From positions 32,001-96,000 of the forward strand of contig CAVYYZ010000001.1 in assembly GCA_963772835.1 (NCBI GenBank): DNA of 64,000 bases, in the 5' to 3' direction. Under the pieces are notes generated by a model that did not search any database, was not told the origin of the DNA, and was given only the letters and a program-made list of their open reading frames with translations. Made by a program: the position numbers and the translations under genes. Of the stretch, positions 25,353-38,006 are shown one piece after another; the stretch's first letter is position 1, and each line of letters opens with the position of its first letter. Origin of the DNA: an uncultured delta proteobacterium (GTDB lineage: Bacteria; Desulfobacterota; Desulfuromonadia; Geobacterales; Pseudopelobacteraceae).

Positions 25353-26651
25353 CTACTTTGCCTGAACGAAAGAAGCAGCACCGATAAAAGTATCTTTCCT
25401 GTGCAGACTGTTGTTGACTACCTCTACATGCCCGCGTAATTCCTGACCAACAATACTGTCTTCGCGAACCTTTACATTCATCAGAATTTCCGACAGTTTT
25501 CCTGTTTCGACTTGGTCCATGTTAAAAACCAGAGTGCCGTTTAGCTCCTGTTTAAAAGATACATCCGGCGCATCCTGAAAATCGACTTGAGGAGGGAGCT
25601 TAAGCCGAACGCTCAATTGTCGGGCAGACAACGAACCGGCATTGAGGACTGTTACCCGGTAATGAAGTTCTTCGCCAGGAGTTACTTTTTGTTTGACCAG
25701 TTTTGCAACCGCGCGGACGAGTGGTGCAGAGCCGATTATAACGGCCTCTTTTTTAAACCTGACATCATTGAATTTGGCCGATACGGCTGTGATCGAAAAA
25801 ACGGTGCGATAGCCATCAACCATTTCGGTCGGCATTATGAACACAACAGCTCCCCTGAATGTTTCGCCTGAAGCAAGTTTCAGTCGAGTTACGCGTTCAT
25901 CCGGTTTGTTTGATCCGGACAGGATGGCATTGTATTCATTGGGTGCCGTTACCGTTAGCAAGAAATCCTCGCTGGATTTACCACTGTTGGTAACTTCAAT
26001 CGGTATACTGCCGATAGTTCCGACAGGAACCAAATACGGTCCTGCACCTCTGTTCACCGATATTGTCGCTGTTATGCCTGTCTTGGCACGTTTCTCCGCC
26101 TGCAGACGTTCGTTCTCAAGCTGTTCTTTCTCCCGTTTGATCCGAGCCTGATTCTCCTGATCAATCTTCGCTTTTGCTGAGCGCTCCATCACAATTATAA
26201 GTTCTGCTGCCCGTTCGCGAGCCAGTCTGTCAGAGCTGATTTTGCGGGCTGCGGTCTGAAGAGTACTGTCGGCAGTAAGTACTTCCCCCTTTTGATGGCG
26301 ACTCACCAGCTGTGTTAGCTCATCTTCAATGGAAGCCTTAAGGCTGCTTTCAGGAAATTCGGTTGAAAACAGAGAAGTAAACTTTGCTGCACGCTCTAAA
26401 TCCCCGGATTTGAGGCTGGCTCGAGCAATAAGCAGCAGAGTCACATCCCTGAGAGGGGAATTCGGGAAGACCTGGTTTAATTGTTCACACTTTTCCAGCG
26501 CAAGCAGGTAATCTTTCTGCTGGTATGCGTTGAAAGCAGCCACAAAAACGGTGGAATCATCAATTTCAGCAGCGTGGACCGGGGCAGCAAAAAATAAAAA
26601 GAAAAACAGCAACAGAATGAGTTGAATTAAAGTGCTGGTAATACATTTCAT
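25353..26651 (-). CDS. Exported protein: TPR-like N-terminus, coiled coil, Ig-like beta domains
   Basis: Signal peptide (APVHA/AE), AFNAYQQKDY...FPNSPL helical repeat, charged helix, beta-rich C-terminus with VTPGEELHYRVTVLNAG (DUF11-like). Confidence 0.7.
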   Translation of the reverse strand: MKCITSTLIQLILLLFFFLFFAAPVHAAEIDDSTVFVAAFNAYQQKDYLLALEKCEQLNQVFPNSPLRDVTLLLIARASLKSGDLERAAKFTSLFSTEFPESSLKASIEDELTQLVSRHQKGEVLTADSTLQTAARKISSDRLARERAAELIIVMERSAKAKIDQENQARIKREKEQLENERLQAEKRAKTGITATISVNRGAGPYLVPVGTIGSIPIEVTNSGKSSEDFLLTVTAPNEYNAILSGSNKPDERVTRLKLASGETFRGAVVFIMPTEMVDGYRTVFSITAVSAKFNDVRFKKEAVIIGSAPLVRAVAKLVKQKVTPGEELHYRVTVLNAGSLSARQLSVRLKLPPQVDFQDAPDVSFKQELNGTLVFNMDQVETGKLSEILMNVKVREDSIVGQELRGHVEVVNNSLHRKDTFIGAASFVQAK

Positions 26652-26655
26652 CAAG

Positions 26656-28404
26656 CTAATCCACAAAACTCTTCAATTTTTTACTACGACTTGGATGACG
26701 CAGTTTACGTAGAGCCTTTGCCTCAATCTGACGGATACGTTCACGGGTTACCTCAAAATCCTGCCCAACCTCCTCAAGAGTGTGGTCACTTTTTTCGCCA
26801 ATACCAAACCTCATTCTGAGAACTTTCTCTTCACGCGGTGTCAATGTGGCGAGTACCTTGGCAGTGCTTTCAGAAAGATTGTTCTTGATGACCGCTTCAA
26901 TCGGAGAAATAACTCCTTTGTCCTCGATAAAATCTCCAAGATGAGAATCTTCTTCCTCGCCTATCGGTGTTTCAAGCGAGATAGGCTCCTTGGCTATTTT
27001 CAGTACCTTACGCACTTTGTCAAGAGGCAGCTGCATCCGCTCAGCTATTTCTTCAGGAGAAGGTTCGCGGCCATTTTCCTGTACCAATTGGCGACTGGTG
27101 CGTATTAATTTATTGATTGTCTCGATCATGTGAACCGGTATACGAATTGTGCGGGCCTGATCGGCAATAGCCCGGGTTATGGCCTGTCGGATCCACCAGG
27201 TTGCATACGTTGAAAATTTATAGCCGCGCTGATATTCGAACTTATCAACCGCTTTCATCAGGCCGATATTTCCCTCCTGAATAAGATCAAGAAACTGCAA
27301 TCCACGGTTGGTATATTTTTTAGCTATCGATACAACGAGTCGTAAATTTGCCTCTATGAGTTCGCTTTTTGCAATACGGGCCTTGCACTCTCCCTCCTCG
27401 ATCGCCTTTAGTGCTGCAGCGAGATCGCGTGCTTTGAAGCCTGACTCCTGCTCTACTTTTTGAATTTTACGCGCTGCGGTTCGCAGACGCTTCTCCATCT
27501 TCACTGTTTCTTCTTCGTCTAATTTGAGTTTGTTGAGTTCTGTGGTACATTTTTCATCATCATTTTGCAGTTTATCAAGAAGGGCCTTCAGTTTTTCCAC
27601 AGAAATAATTTTTTCAAGATCGGATAGTTCTGCCTGAAGAATATCAACCTTGCCGGATAACTCCTTAAGGCGTTCTGCCACTTTATTCGTGTGGCGATCT
27701 TTCAGTCTCAGTGATTTCAGAAGCTCTGCCTGACGATCTTTTCCGTCGCGCAGCTTTTTTTCCAACTCCTTTTTCTTTGCGGGAGATTTAGCAGCAGCAA
27801 TTGTTTCTGTCATCTCTATCAATATCTGATCCTGAGCGATAATCGCATCGATAATCTCAAGAATTCTCGTTTTCTGAACATCTTCTTCATCTTCCTCCAA
27901 CACTTCTTCTTCAACTTCTTTGCTGACTTCCGAAGGGTTAATCTGGAATTTACGAAGCCGTTCTCCCAGTGAAAGAACTTCTTTGACAGTGATCGGAGTA
28001 TTGAGTATCACGCCGGCAACGTCACGTTCACCATCTTCTATCCTTTTGGCGATCTCGACTTCACCTTCTCGAGTGAGAAGAGAAACCGAACCCATTTCGC
28101 GCAGATACATTCGGACAGGGTCACTGGTACGTCCAATAGACCCCGGCTCAAATTCCACTTCTTCTGACTCACCTTCCGCTTCCTCATCATCGTCAAGTTC
28201 ATTTTTAAGTTTCGGAATCTTGATTTTCTGAGCTGAATCAACTATTTCTATGTCGAGGTCGCCAAACATACCCATGACATCTTCAATCTGATCTGTCGCA
28301 ATGTCTGGAGGGAGTATGTCATTAACTTCCTCATAGGTTAAGAACCCTTTCTCTTTGCCGATATCAATCAGCTGTTTAACGTTGTCCATATTCTTTTTAG
28401 CCAT
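26656..28404 (-). CDS. rpoD: RNA polymerase primary sigma factor RpoD
   Basis: [56 protein letters not shown]. Confidence 0.98.
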   Translation of the reverse strand: MAKKNMDNVKQLIDIGKEKGFLTYEEVNDILPPDIATDQIEDVMGMFGDLDIEIVDSAQKIKIPKLKNELDDDEEAEGESEEVEFEPGSIGRTSDPVRMYLREMGSVSLLTREGEVEIAKRIEDGERDVAGVILNTPITVKEVLSLGERLRKFQINPSEVSKEVEEEVLEEDEEDVQKTRILEIIDAIIAQDQILIEMTETIAAAKSPAKKKELEKKLRDGKDRQAELLKSLRLKDRHTNKVAERLKELSGKVDILQAELSDLEKIISVEKLKALLDKLQNDDEKCTTELNKLKLDEEETVKMEKRLRTAARKIQKVEQESGFKARDLAAALKAIEEGECKARIAKSELIEANLRLVVSIAKKYTNRGLQFLDLIQEGNIGLMKAVDKFEYQRGYKFSTYATWWIRQAITRAIADQARTIRIPVHMIETINKLIRTSRQLVQENGREPSPEEIAERMQLPLDKVRKVLKIAKEPISLETPIGEEEDSHLGDFIEDKGVISPIEAVIKNNLSESTAKVLATLTPREEKVLRMRFGIGEKSDHTLEEVGQDFEVTRERIRQIEAKALRKLRHPSRSKKLKSFVD

Positions 28405-28436
28405 GTGTAATCACCTCAAGGGAACAGTATTTATTG

Positions 28437-30188
28437 TCAAAGTTTCGATTTTCGTGTACGCAACGTGTCGGCATGTTTTAGAAGAAGTCCGTATTCTTCG
28501 CTGTTTGCATCCAGTACAGCAAGTCGCGCGGCTATATCCTTGATTGATGAAAGTTTCTTCTTCTCATGGCTTCGTGTACACTGATCAAACACGGCACGCC
28601 ATTCAATACCTGCCAGATATTCGTCTGAAACCATTATCCGGGAAAAGAGTGTTTTCTGCTCAGGGTTTTCGAGCGTCTCAGCAATTTGACTCAATATCTG
28701 ACAGTCGTCGGAGCTATTTAAAGTGTTAAGCACCAATTGAGCAAGTACAAGGTAATCATCACTGAATATTGTTTCAAGGCCGATCCGGACTATTTCTGTC
28801 CGGGCTTCAGAGTAATTCAAAAATAATGTCAACAGAGTGTCTTGAACGGTGTCGATCGGCTGTTTATCAATGCTTTGATGTGCGGGCTCGTCCTGCCGTG
28901 AGAGGTTCCCGCCCCCAATGCGTTTACGAAATGCATGAACTGTAATTCCCAGCAGCCTACAAATTTCCTTCTCATATAAATCGCGCTCTACTGAGTCAGC
29001 TATTTTACGGAAACGGGGTACAATTTCATCAATTATCCTGACTTTACTGTCAACGCTATCCGGCGGCGTCTCTGCCAATAGAGAACGTACGAAATATTCA
29101 AAAGCGGGCCGCGCCTGATCCAATCGAGCGATAAAATCTTCAGCTGAATGTGCGGCCAGAAAACTGTCCGGATCATCGCCGATCGGCAATGAAACCACAT
29201 ACACCGGCAAGCGTTGCTCGAGAAAAAGCTCCATCGAACGAATAGTTGCTTTTTTTCCTGCATTATCACTATCGAACAGGGTATAGACACGATCAGCATG
29301 ACGCTTGATCAGTCCGGTATGAGTAGTTGTTAGAGCCGTTCCGCAGGTAGCTACAACGTTCTGCACGCCGGCCCGATACAGTGCCAGATGGTCGAAGTAA
29401 CCCTCTACAATTATAACTGAGTTTCCAGTCCTAATGGAAGGTAGCGCCAGGTCCAACCCGAAAAGCACAGAACTCTTGTGGTAGAGTGGCGATTCGGGAG
29501 AGTTGATGTATTTTGGCAGCGATGAATCCAGTACACGTCCAGCAAAAGCAATAACCTGCCCGCGCGCATCATTGATCGGAAAAATCAGGCGGTTTCGGAA
29601 AAGGTCGTACCAACCGGAATCAGACTTGCGGATTATACCGAGCTTAAGGGCGAGATCTAGATCAATGCCGTTATTTTTCAAGTGCTTAACGAGTCCATCG
29701 CGCCGGTCAGGTGCAAAGCCAAGACGATAATACTCTGAAATATCAGACTCGACCGAGCGATTGCCGAGATATGTACGGGCCGGTTCCCCTTCCTGCCCGT
29801 TTAGAAGAATCGAGCGGTAGTAGGATACAGTCAGATTGTTAATGTGCAGGAACTGGGCATGTTCATTCTGCGTTTTTTTTTCCGAAGGAGTAAGCTGACG
29901 CTCCTCAATTTCTATCCCGGCTTTTCTGGCAAGCAGTTTAACTGCTTCGGGAAAACTAACTCCCTCGATCTTCATGATAAAAGAGAACGCGTTACCGCCG
30001 GTGCCGCACCCAAAACAGTGAAAAATTTCCCGTGCAGGATTTACATTGAAAGACGGTGTCTTCTCCGCATGAAACGGGCAAAGGCCAAGGAAGTTGCCGC
30101 CGGCGCGCCTGAGCGAGACATAATCTGAGACAACCTCAACAATCGAAAGTCGATCAGCAACTTCGCGTACCTTCTCTTCAGGTATCAT
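28437..30188 (-). CDS. dnaG: DNA primase
   Basis: CPFHAEKTPSF...CFGC zinc finger, KYINSPE, VEGYFD, FDSDNAG TOPRIM. Confidence 0.97.
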   Translation of the reverse strand: MIPEEKVREVADRLSIVEVVSDYVSLRRAGGNFLGLCPFHAEKTPSFNVNPAREIFHCFGCGTGGNAFSFIMKIEGVSFPEAVKLLARKAGIEIEERQLTPSEKKTQNEHAQFLHINNLTVSYYRSILLNGQEGEPARTYLGNRSVESDISEYYRLGFAPDRRDGLVKHLKNNGIDLDLALKLGIIRKSDSGWYDLFRNRLIFPINDARGQVIAFAGRVLDSSLPKYINSPESPLYHKSSVLFGLDLALPSIRTGNSVIIVEGYFDHLALYRAGVQNVVATCGTALTTTHTGLIKRHADRVYTLFDSDNAGKKATIRSMELFLEQRLPVYVVSLPIGDDPDSFLAAHSAEDFIARLDQARPAFEYFVRSLLAETPPDSVDSKVRIIDEIVPRFRKIADSVERDLYEKEICRLLGITVHAFRKRIGGGNLSRQDEPAHQSIDKQPIDTVQDTLLTLFLNYSEARTEIVRIGLETIFSDDYLVLAQLVLNTLNSSDDCQILSQIAETLENPEQKTLFSRIMVSDEYLAGIEWRAVFDQCTRSHEKKKLSSIKDIAARLAVLDANSEEYGLLLKHADTLRTRKSKL

Positions 30189-30676
30189 TTTTTCTGACCA
30201 TTGGAGCTGCGCCATTCGGAGAGAAAACGATCTCCGGTTTGAGCCAGCATGTTGGCAGTCTCTGTCGACCGAATTTTGTTACGTACCTGCTCAGGCATGA
30301 ATCCGGAGGAGGCTATACTGAAAGCCATGCAGAGCAGCAATGCCCCCTCAGCAAACCCGATAAGCAGTCCTCCAAGTCGGTTCAGGCTGCCCAGCATGAC
30401 AAGTCGCAGCGCGGCCGTTATGACATTGCCTAAAATATGGGCACAGATTCCTATGACCAGCAGTATAATGATAAAAGCAAGGAACGAAGCCAGGTGCTCA
30501 GGCAGATGAAGTGATCTTTTTATCGGTACTGCGAGCAGTGGGTGAAATCGATATGCCAGCCAACCTCCCACCAGAAGACCCGCCAGGGAAGAAGCCTCAT
30601 TGACAAGTCCACGGATCAGGCCTTTGATCGCAAAGAAGCAGAGTACTAATAAAATGATTACGTCAATAAAGTTCAT
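30185..30676 (-). CDS. cvpA: CvpA family membrane protein
   Basis: MNFIDVIIL...GLIRGLVNE...LNRLGG; four hydrophobic helices. Confidence 0.85.
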   Translation of the reverse strand: MNFIDVIILLVLCFFAIKGLIRGLVNEASSLAGLLVGGWLAYRFHPLLAVPIKRSLHLPEHLASFLAFIIILLVIGICAHILGNVITAALRLVMLGSLNRLGGLLIGFAEGALLLCMAFSIASSGFMPEQVRNKIRSTETANMLAQTGDRFLSEWRSSNGQKK

Positions 30677-30765
30677 TGTGGCGGTACGACCAATTTACAA
30701 AGAAGGGGCCATCTCAATGAAAGCCCCTTGACAGTGTAATTATAACAGAACATTTTCTCAGCACA

Positions 30766-31209
30766 TCACGCTAGGTGTTTCCGGACAGCATCACTTACCG
30801 TTTTGCCATCGGCTTTGCCTGCGGTAAGAGGTGTAACTGCTTTCATGACACGTCCCATGTCTTTTGCGCCGTGTGCGTCAATATTCTGTATGATCTGCAG
30901 TATCAGCGTGTCAATTTCTTCACTGCTCAATTGGGTAGGGAGGAATTCAAGCAGGACAGCCAGTTCTAATTCCTCTTTTGCTGCGAGTTCAGGCCGGTTC
31001 CCTTCACAATACATCCGAATAGATTCACGGCGTTGTTTGGCCATGGTTGATATAACGTCAATCACTGCCTGGTCGTCAAGTTCAATGCGGGTATCAATTT
31101 CACGATTTTTAATTGCAGCACGAACCATGCGAACAGCCGAAAGGCGCAGGTTGTCCCGCGCCTTCATGGCTGCTTTCATCGCATCGTTTAACTGTTCTTT
31201 CAGTGACAT
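30766..31209 (-). CDS. yqeY: GatB/YqeY domain protein
   Basis: MKAAMKARD, KQRRESI, KDMGRVMK, GKADGK. Confidence 0.92.
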   Translation of the reverse strand: MSLKEQLNDAMKAAMKARDNLRLSAVRMVRAAIKNREIDTRIELDDQAVIDVISTMAKQRRESIRMYCEGNRPELAAKEELELAVLLEFLPTQLSSEEIDTLILQIIQNIDAHGAKDMGRVMKAVTPLTAGKADGKTVSDAVRKHLA

Positions 31210-31241
31210 ACGGTTTGATCCTGACCCTGAATAACGGGGAG

Positions 31242-31439
31242 TTAATCGATCATTTTACGTTGTTTTTTAAGGGCGCGCTTGCGGGCGGCTATTGCCTTCT
31301 TCTTGCGCTTGATGCTTGGTTTCTCGAAATGCTCGCGTTTACGGACTTCGGAGAGAATCCCCGCCTTCTCGCACTGTTTTTTGAACTTCTTCAGTGCCAT
31401 TTCAAACGGTTCGCTATCCTTAATTTTTACTCCCGGCAT
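31242..31439 (-). CDS. rpsU: 30S ribosomal protein S21
   Basis: [33 protein letters not shown]. Confidence 0.97.
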   Translation of the reverse strand: MPGVKIKDSEPFEMALKKFKKQCEKAGILSEVRKREHFEKPSIKRKKKAIAARKRALKKQRKMID

Positions 31440-31513
31440 GTAAAATCACCCCCATCCTGTTTTAATTCTGATAATAAATATAATGCAATTGGTGAAAAAA
31501 TTGAGAGTTTTGT

Positions 31514-31541
31514 ACAATAGCACACCGTTCAACTTTGTCAA
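31514..31541 (-). promoter_or_regulatory. Putative sigma70 promoter for the rpsU-dnaG-rpoD cluster
   Basis: Minus strand TTGACA-N16-TATTGT with TG extension. Confidence 0.5.
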
Positions 31542-31562
31542 TAAACAAATGTACCGTAAAGG

Positions 31563-31901
31563 TCATGGGTCAATGTGCTTAGGTCGGGCTGCTTTTTCTG
31601 AAATTCCTGATGTACCGAATCTTCGCCGCAACTCATTGTAAATCTCTTCGGGCGGAATATTCTGGTGACCGAGCAAGACAAGCAGATGGAAAAGCAGATC
31701 GGCTGTTTCGTATACTATTTCGTTTTGCTTCCCCCCTTTGGCAGCAATAACTACTTCCGTTGCTTCCTCACCGATTTTTTTAAGAATTTTGTCAATCCCG
31801 CCCCGCATGAGAGATGCGGTATAGGAATTCTCAGCCGGATGTGCCTTGCGGTCGAGTATGACCTGATAAACGGCCTGGAGGATGTCACTATCATTCGTCA
31901 T
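31563..31901 (-). CDS. hisE: Phosphoribosyl-ATP pyrophosphatase
   Basis: [28 protein letters not shown]. Confidence 0.95.
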   Translation of the reverse strand: MTNDSDILQAVYQVILDRKAHPAENSYTASLMRGGIDKILKKIGEEATEVVIAAKGGKQNEIVYETADLLFHLLVLLGHQNIPPEEIYNELRRRFGTSGISEKAARPKHIDP

Positions 31902-32659
31902 AAGCGCACCTCAACTCCTTTGGCACGAAGATATTCCTTTGCCTCACCAATGGTGTACTCCCGGTAGTGAAAAATCGAAGCTGCCAGACAGGCACTGGCT
32001 CCGGCAGTCGTAAATCCATCGTAGAGATGCTCCAGGTTGCCGACACCACCCGACGCAATAACCGGAATAGAAACCGCGTCTACTACGGCACGGGTCAGTT
32101 CCAGATCATAGCCGTCCTTGGTGCCGTCACAATCCATGCTGGTCAGAAGAAGTTCGCCGGAGCCATATGTTTCCATCCTGACGGCCCACTCAACAACATC
32201 AAGACCGGTCGGTCTGCGCCCACCATGGGTATACACCTCCCATCGATGTTCACCCGGAACCCTGCGGGCATCAATGGCAACCACTGTGCATTGCGAACCG
32301 AAGCGTTCGGCGGCTTCCCGTACGAAATCGGGTCGGTCTACCGCAGCCGTATTAATAGAGGTTTTATCCGCTCCGGCGTTGAGCAGGCGACGGATGTCTT
32401 CAACTGAGCGGATGCCGCCGCCAACGGTCAGCGGCATAAAAACCCGATCAGCTGTTCTTTGAATGACATCGATGATGATATCGCGATCATCGCTGGAGGC
32501 AGTAATGTCCAGAAAAGTGAGCTCATCTGCTCCTTGGCTGTCGTACAGTTCCGCAATCTCCACAGGATCGCCAGCATCACGCAGTTCCAGAAACTGAACC
32601 CCCTTGACGACGCGGCCTCCTTTTACATCAAGGCAGGGAATGATACGTTTGGTCAACAT
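31898..32659 (-). CDS. hisF: Imidazole glycerol phosphate synthase cyclase subunit
   Basis: [36 protein letters not shown]. Confidence 0.97.
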   Translation of the reverse strand: MLTKRIIPCLDVKGGRVVKGVQFLELRDAGDPVEIAELYDSQGADELTFLDITASSDDRDIIIDVIQRTADRVFMPLTVGGGIRSVEDIRRLLNAGADKTSINTAAVDRPDFVREAAERFGSQCTVVAIDARRVPGEHRWEVYTHGGRRPTGLDVVEWAVRMETYGSGELLLTSMDCDGTKDGYDLELTRAVVDAVSIPVIASGGVGNLEHLYDGFTTAGASACLAASIFHYREYTIGEAKEYLRAKGVEVRL

Positions 32660-33393
32660 TTCAGGAGTCGTCCCTTTGTGAGTGCAATTGCTTCATTCAG
32701 CTTTATTGCTCCGGTATACACCGCTTTGCCGGTGATAACGCCGGAGACCCCGCAGGATTCAATAGCCATAAGGTTTTCGATGTCTTTCAGGCTTGAAACG
32801 CCCCCTGAGGCAATAACAGGTATTGTAACAGCTTCGGCGAGAGCTCTGGTTGCGTCCAGATTCGGCCCCTGCAGCATTCCGTCCCGGGCAATATCAGTGT
32901 AGATAATAGCCGAGACACCGAACCCCTCGAACTTTTTGGCAAGATTAATGGCGGTGATGTCGGTCAACTCGGCCCATCCCTGAACCGCTACCATGCCGTT
33001 TTTTGCATCAATTCCAACAACAATTTGTCCCGGAAATTTTGTGCAGGCTTCACGTACCAGGTCAGGATTCCGCTGAGCGGCGGTGCCGATAATAACGCGG
33101 GAAATCCCTAAAGACAGATATGCTTCGATGGTGGCAATGTCGCGTATGCCGCCTCCAAGCTGGGCAGGGATGGAGATCGACTTCAGGATTGCCTCAATAG
33201 CTCCCCTGTTTTTCGGTTGGCCGGCAAAAGCACCGTCAAGGTCTACAATATGCAGCAGTTCAGCTCCCTGTGTCTGCCAGTCCAGAGCCTGTGCACCGGG
33301 GTTGTCGCTGAATACGGTATCCCTATTCATCAGTCCCTGCTCCAGGCGGACACATTTTCCTTCTTTCAAATCTATGGCGGGAATTACTATCAT
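32653..33393 (-). CDS. hisA: ProFAR isomerase
   Basis: [31 protein letters not shown]. Confidence 0.97.
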   Translation of the reverse strand: MIVIPAIDLKEGKCVRLEQGLMNRDTVFSDNPGAQALDWQTQGAELLHIVDLDGAFAGQPKNRGAIEAILKSISIPAQLGGGIRDIATIEAYLSLGISRVIIGTAAQRNPDLVREACTKFPGQIVVGIDAKNGMVAVQGWAELTDITAINLAKKFEGFGVSAIIYTDIARDGMLQGPNLDATRALAEAVTIPVIASGGVSSLKDIENLMAIESCGVSGVITGKAVYTGAIKLNEAIALTKGRLLKC

Positions 33394-34013
33394 GTCAGCT
33401 CCGCAAAATTTTTCAGTATCTGCAGGCCGATACCCTGCGACTTCTCCGGGTGGAACTGGGTGGCGACAACATTGTCCTTCCAGACTGATGAACAGAATTC
33501 GATGCCGTAGTCAGTCGTTGTGGCGATAACAGTACTGTCATCCGGCTTGACGTAAAAGGAGTGGACGAAGTACACGTTGCTGCCGTCATCGATGCCGTTA
33601 AAAACCGGTGGACGTCGTTTGAAAGAAAGCTGGTTCCAACCCATCTGCGGTACTTTCAGCTTCTCGCCTTCAACCGTCATCCGGTTAGGAAAACGAAGCA
33701 CGTGACCAGGGATAACATTCAGTCCGCAGTACAGACCGAACTCCACACTGTCGGTAAATAAAAGCTGCATTCCGACGCAGATCCCCAAAAAAGGTCTTCC
33801 TTCGGCGATAACCTTCAGAATCGGTTCAACAAACCCACTTTGTTCGAGGTTGTGCATACAGTCGCGAAAGGCACCGACACCGGGCAGCACGATCCTTTCG
33901 GCTTGCAGTACGACCTGCGGGTCGTCGGTAATAATCGCTTCATGGCCAATTTTTTCAAATCCCTTCTGTACTGAGCGCAGGTTCCCCATGCCATAGTCTA
34001 TGATTGCGATCAT
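33390..34013 (-). CDS. hisH: Imidazole glycerol phosphate synthase glutaminase subunit
   Basis: [29 protein letters not shown]. Confidence 0.97.
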   Translation of the reverse strand: MIAIIDYGMGNLRSVQKGFEKIGHEAIITDDPQVVLQAERIVLPGVGAFRDCMHNLEQSGFVEPILKVIAEGRPFLGICVGMQLLFTDSVEFGLYCGLNVIPGHVLRFPNRMTVEGEKLKVPQMGWNQLSFKRRPPVFNGIDDGSNVYFVHSFYVKPDDSTVIATTTDYGIEFCSSVWKDNVVATQFHPEKSQGIGLQILKNFAELT

Positions 34014-34015
34014 AG

Positions 34016-36081
34016 CTAACCGACAATCCGTGAAAAATCGGCAATTTTGCCAAATAATCGGGCAATTGTAGTCAGAAGCGCCAACCGGTTTGTTCGCACC
34101 AGTGGATCTTCGGCCATGACCATGACTTTATCGAAGAAAACGTCCACCGGCCCACGCAACGTAGCTATTTCAGTCAGAGCGTCCAGCCATGCACCGGATA
34201 AGACAAGGCGGTCTGCAGAGAGTTTTACCGATTGGATCGCTTCATATAAACAGGCCTCGGCATTATCCTGAAAAAGTGCCGGATCGACGGGAGCGTCAAC
34301 CCCTTCCTTGATGATATTACCGACACGTTTGAATGCCACAGTCAGCGGCTCAAAGTCCGGGTGGGTTTTAAATTCAGCCAACGCCGCAATACGGGCTCTG
34401 ACATCGACGAGGTCATCGAATCCGGCAGCAACAGCGGCTTCGACCGCATCCGTAGCAAACGAACTTCCGAGCAGGTTGCAGAATCGTGCCCGGAAAAACT
34501 CCAGTACATCCTTAGCGGCTTGCTCTTTCGGCCGGGTCAACTTTGTGGACAGAAGCTCAAGAGCCTGATCGACCATTGAGCCGAGCGACAGTCGGTAACC
34601 TCTGTCTAGTATGATGACAATGATGCCGATGGTTGCACGCCTCAGTGCATACGGGTCGGCAGCGCCGGTCGGTATGAGGCCGACGCCGAAACAGCCGCAG
34701 ATGGTGTCCATTTTGTCCGCTATCGATACAAAGGCGCCGCAGTCTGATGCGGGGAGCTCTCCCCCCGCCTGGGTCGGCAGATAATGTTCGGCGATCGCAT
34801 TCGCCACTTCTGCCGGCTCACCTTCCAGTAGAGCATACTCACGCCCCATGATCCCCTGCACCTCGGGAAATTCTCCGACCATGCCCGAAACCAGATCGGC
34901 CTTGCACAGCCATGCGGCCCGTGATACCCGGGTCTTGACGGCAGGATTAAGCAGTTCGGCCAGCCCTTCAGCCAGTGACTTGAAGCGTTCCATTTTCTCG
35001 AAGGATGTTCCCAGTTTCTGCTGGTAGACAACTTTTTTGAGTGATTGCACCCGCTCATCAAGGCGAATTTTTTGATCCTCCTCAAAGAAAAAACGGGCAT
35101 CGGATAATCGGGCGCGCAGAACACGCTCGTTTCCTTTGACTACAACGGACGGATCATCGGTCAGGGTGTTGTTGATGGTAATAAAGCCGGGCAGTAGCCC
35201 TCCGTTGGCATCAACAATCGAAAAGTAGCGCTGATGGCTGCGCATTGAGGTGATCAGCACCTCTTTGGGAACCTTCAAAAATTCGGGTGAGAATGTGCCA
35301 TGAACGACGCTTGGATATTCTACCAGATAGGTGACCTGCTCCAGCAGTTCTTCATCGGGCAGCAGATGTCCACCGGAAGCCGCTGCGACCCGGTGCGTTT
35401 CCCGGCGAATGATCTCCTTGCGTTTTTCCGGATCCGGGATAACAAAATGCCGCTCGCATTCTTCCAGATAATGGGCAAAATCACTCACCGGGAAGGTGGT
35501 ATTGGCCATAAATCTGTGTCCGCGCGAGATCTTTCCGCTCTCAATCGTGCCAAAGGAAAAGGGTACAATCGTGCCGTCAAACAGTGCAACAATCCAGTGG
35601 ATCGGTCGGGCGAAACGTACCTCCTGATCCCCCCAGCGCATCGATTTTTTGAAGGGAATATTCGCAACCAGTGCCGGCAGGATCTCAGTCAACAGCTCGT
35701 AGGTCGGTCGGCCGGCCTCATGTTTGCTTACGAACAGGTATTCACCTTTTTCGGTAGTAATTGTTTGCAGGGCCGAAACATCAACTCCCTGACCACGGGC
35801 AAAGCCCTCGGCGGCTTTGGTCGGTTTGCCGGAAGGATCGTAGGCCGCCTTAACTGACGGACCGGTGGCGGTGATCTCGGCGTCAGGCTGAACAGACGGA
35901 ATGCCCGTTACTACCAGCGCCAGGCGCCGCGGAGTTGCGAGGGTTTTGATCCCGCTGAATGAGAGGCGTGCGACTGCAAGCTCTTTGGTGATTATTGCTT
36001 TCATCTCCGCGACAGCGCGCGGTATAAATCCGGCAGGTATCTCTTCGCAGCCGATTTCAAGGAACAGTTCTTTTGTATTCA

Positions 36082-36082
<1 letters not shown>
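34016..36082 (-). CDS. glyS: Glycine--tRNA ligase beta subunit
   Basis: LFLEIGCEEIP, TPRRL, FARPIHWI, GNERVLRARL, EFPEVQG, DPYALRR. Confidence 0.97.
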
Positions 36083-36960
<878 letters not shown>

Positions 36961-37078
36961 GCATGTACCTCCGGATGGGGAGTGTGAAAGTATTGACACA
37001 GAAAAGAAGGGTAACTATTAGCAGGAATAGTGGCTTTGGTCAAGTTTGCGAAGAAGGAGATCGGTAAATCGATGTGCA

Positions 37079-37774
37079 TCAGCGGGAGGTCGATGGCTTC
37101 AGGAGCAATGCGAGAGATTCAACAATATATGTAGCCTGGTCAAGCCTGTCGGCAGGATAACTGTTTGTGACGGCACACACCTGTAATCCTGCCGATCTGG
37201 CTGAGGAGATTCCGGCAGGCGTATCTTCTATCGCCATTGTCGTCTCTTTAGAAAAATCGTATTGTCCCGATGACAGCAGTTGTTGGAAGGCAAGCTGGTA
37301 ACATTCAGGATCAGGCTTGCTTGCTGCGACATCGTCAGCTGTAACGATAGCATCAAAATAGTCAGTTATGCCGAGCATTGCCAGAATAGGATCAATATCA
37401 GATCTGAGCGCCCCGCTGCAAATCGCCAACGGAATGTTGTTCCTGTGCAGATGAATGATCAGATCCACTACTCCCGGATAAGAGGAAACACCGGAGCGGA
37501 TGACCTCATTGAAAAAAGCAGCTTTCTGTTTAATCAGTCCATGCAGGTTCTCCTGGTCAAGTATCATTCCTTTGGATGAAAAGGCGTGCCTGAATGCATC
37601 CCGATCATCAAAACCGATGTAGGTCTCAACGTACTCCTGCCAGGAAAAATGTAACCCGAGCGGCTCCAATGCCCGCTGAAACGCAGCATAGTGAAGCGGT
37701 TCCGTATCAACAACAACGCCGTCAAAATCAAAAATAACGGCTTCTACCTTACATCCGTCAGGAAAAAAAATCAT
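37079..37774 (-). CDS. HAD family phosphatase (beta-PGM/CbbY-like)
   Basis: FDFDGVVVDTE, SKPDPECY, IEDTPAGI; start codon uncertain. Confidence 0.88.
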   Translation of the reverse strand: MIFFPDGCKVEAVIFDFDGVVVDTEPLHYAAFQRALEPLGLHFSWQEYVETYIGFDDRDAFRHAFSSKGMILDQENLHGLIKQKAAFFNEVIRSGVSSYPGVVDLIIHLHRNNIPLAICSGALRSDIDPILAMLGITDYFDAIVTADDVAASKPDPECYQLAFQQLLSSGQYDFSKETTMAIEDTPAGISSARSAGLQVCAVTNSYPADRLDQATYIVESLALLLKPSTSR

Positions 37775-38006
37775 GGATTCCACTGCCCCGCTGCCTGTCT
37801 TTATGTGTTGCTCCAGATCGCAAAATAGCATTTGCGTAGTTCGTAAAACAATAAAAAATCCGCCGACAGATCGGTTCAACATGATTTTTAGAATATTTCA
37901 TGCTTAAATTTAGTGTTGACGATTTGTTATTATGCTCTATTATTTGAGAGTGTTTTTACCGGATACCGGTGCAAACGCTGAATATCATACATTCGAGGAG
38001 GCAGAG

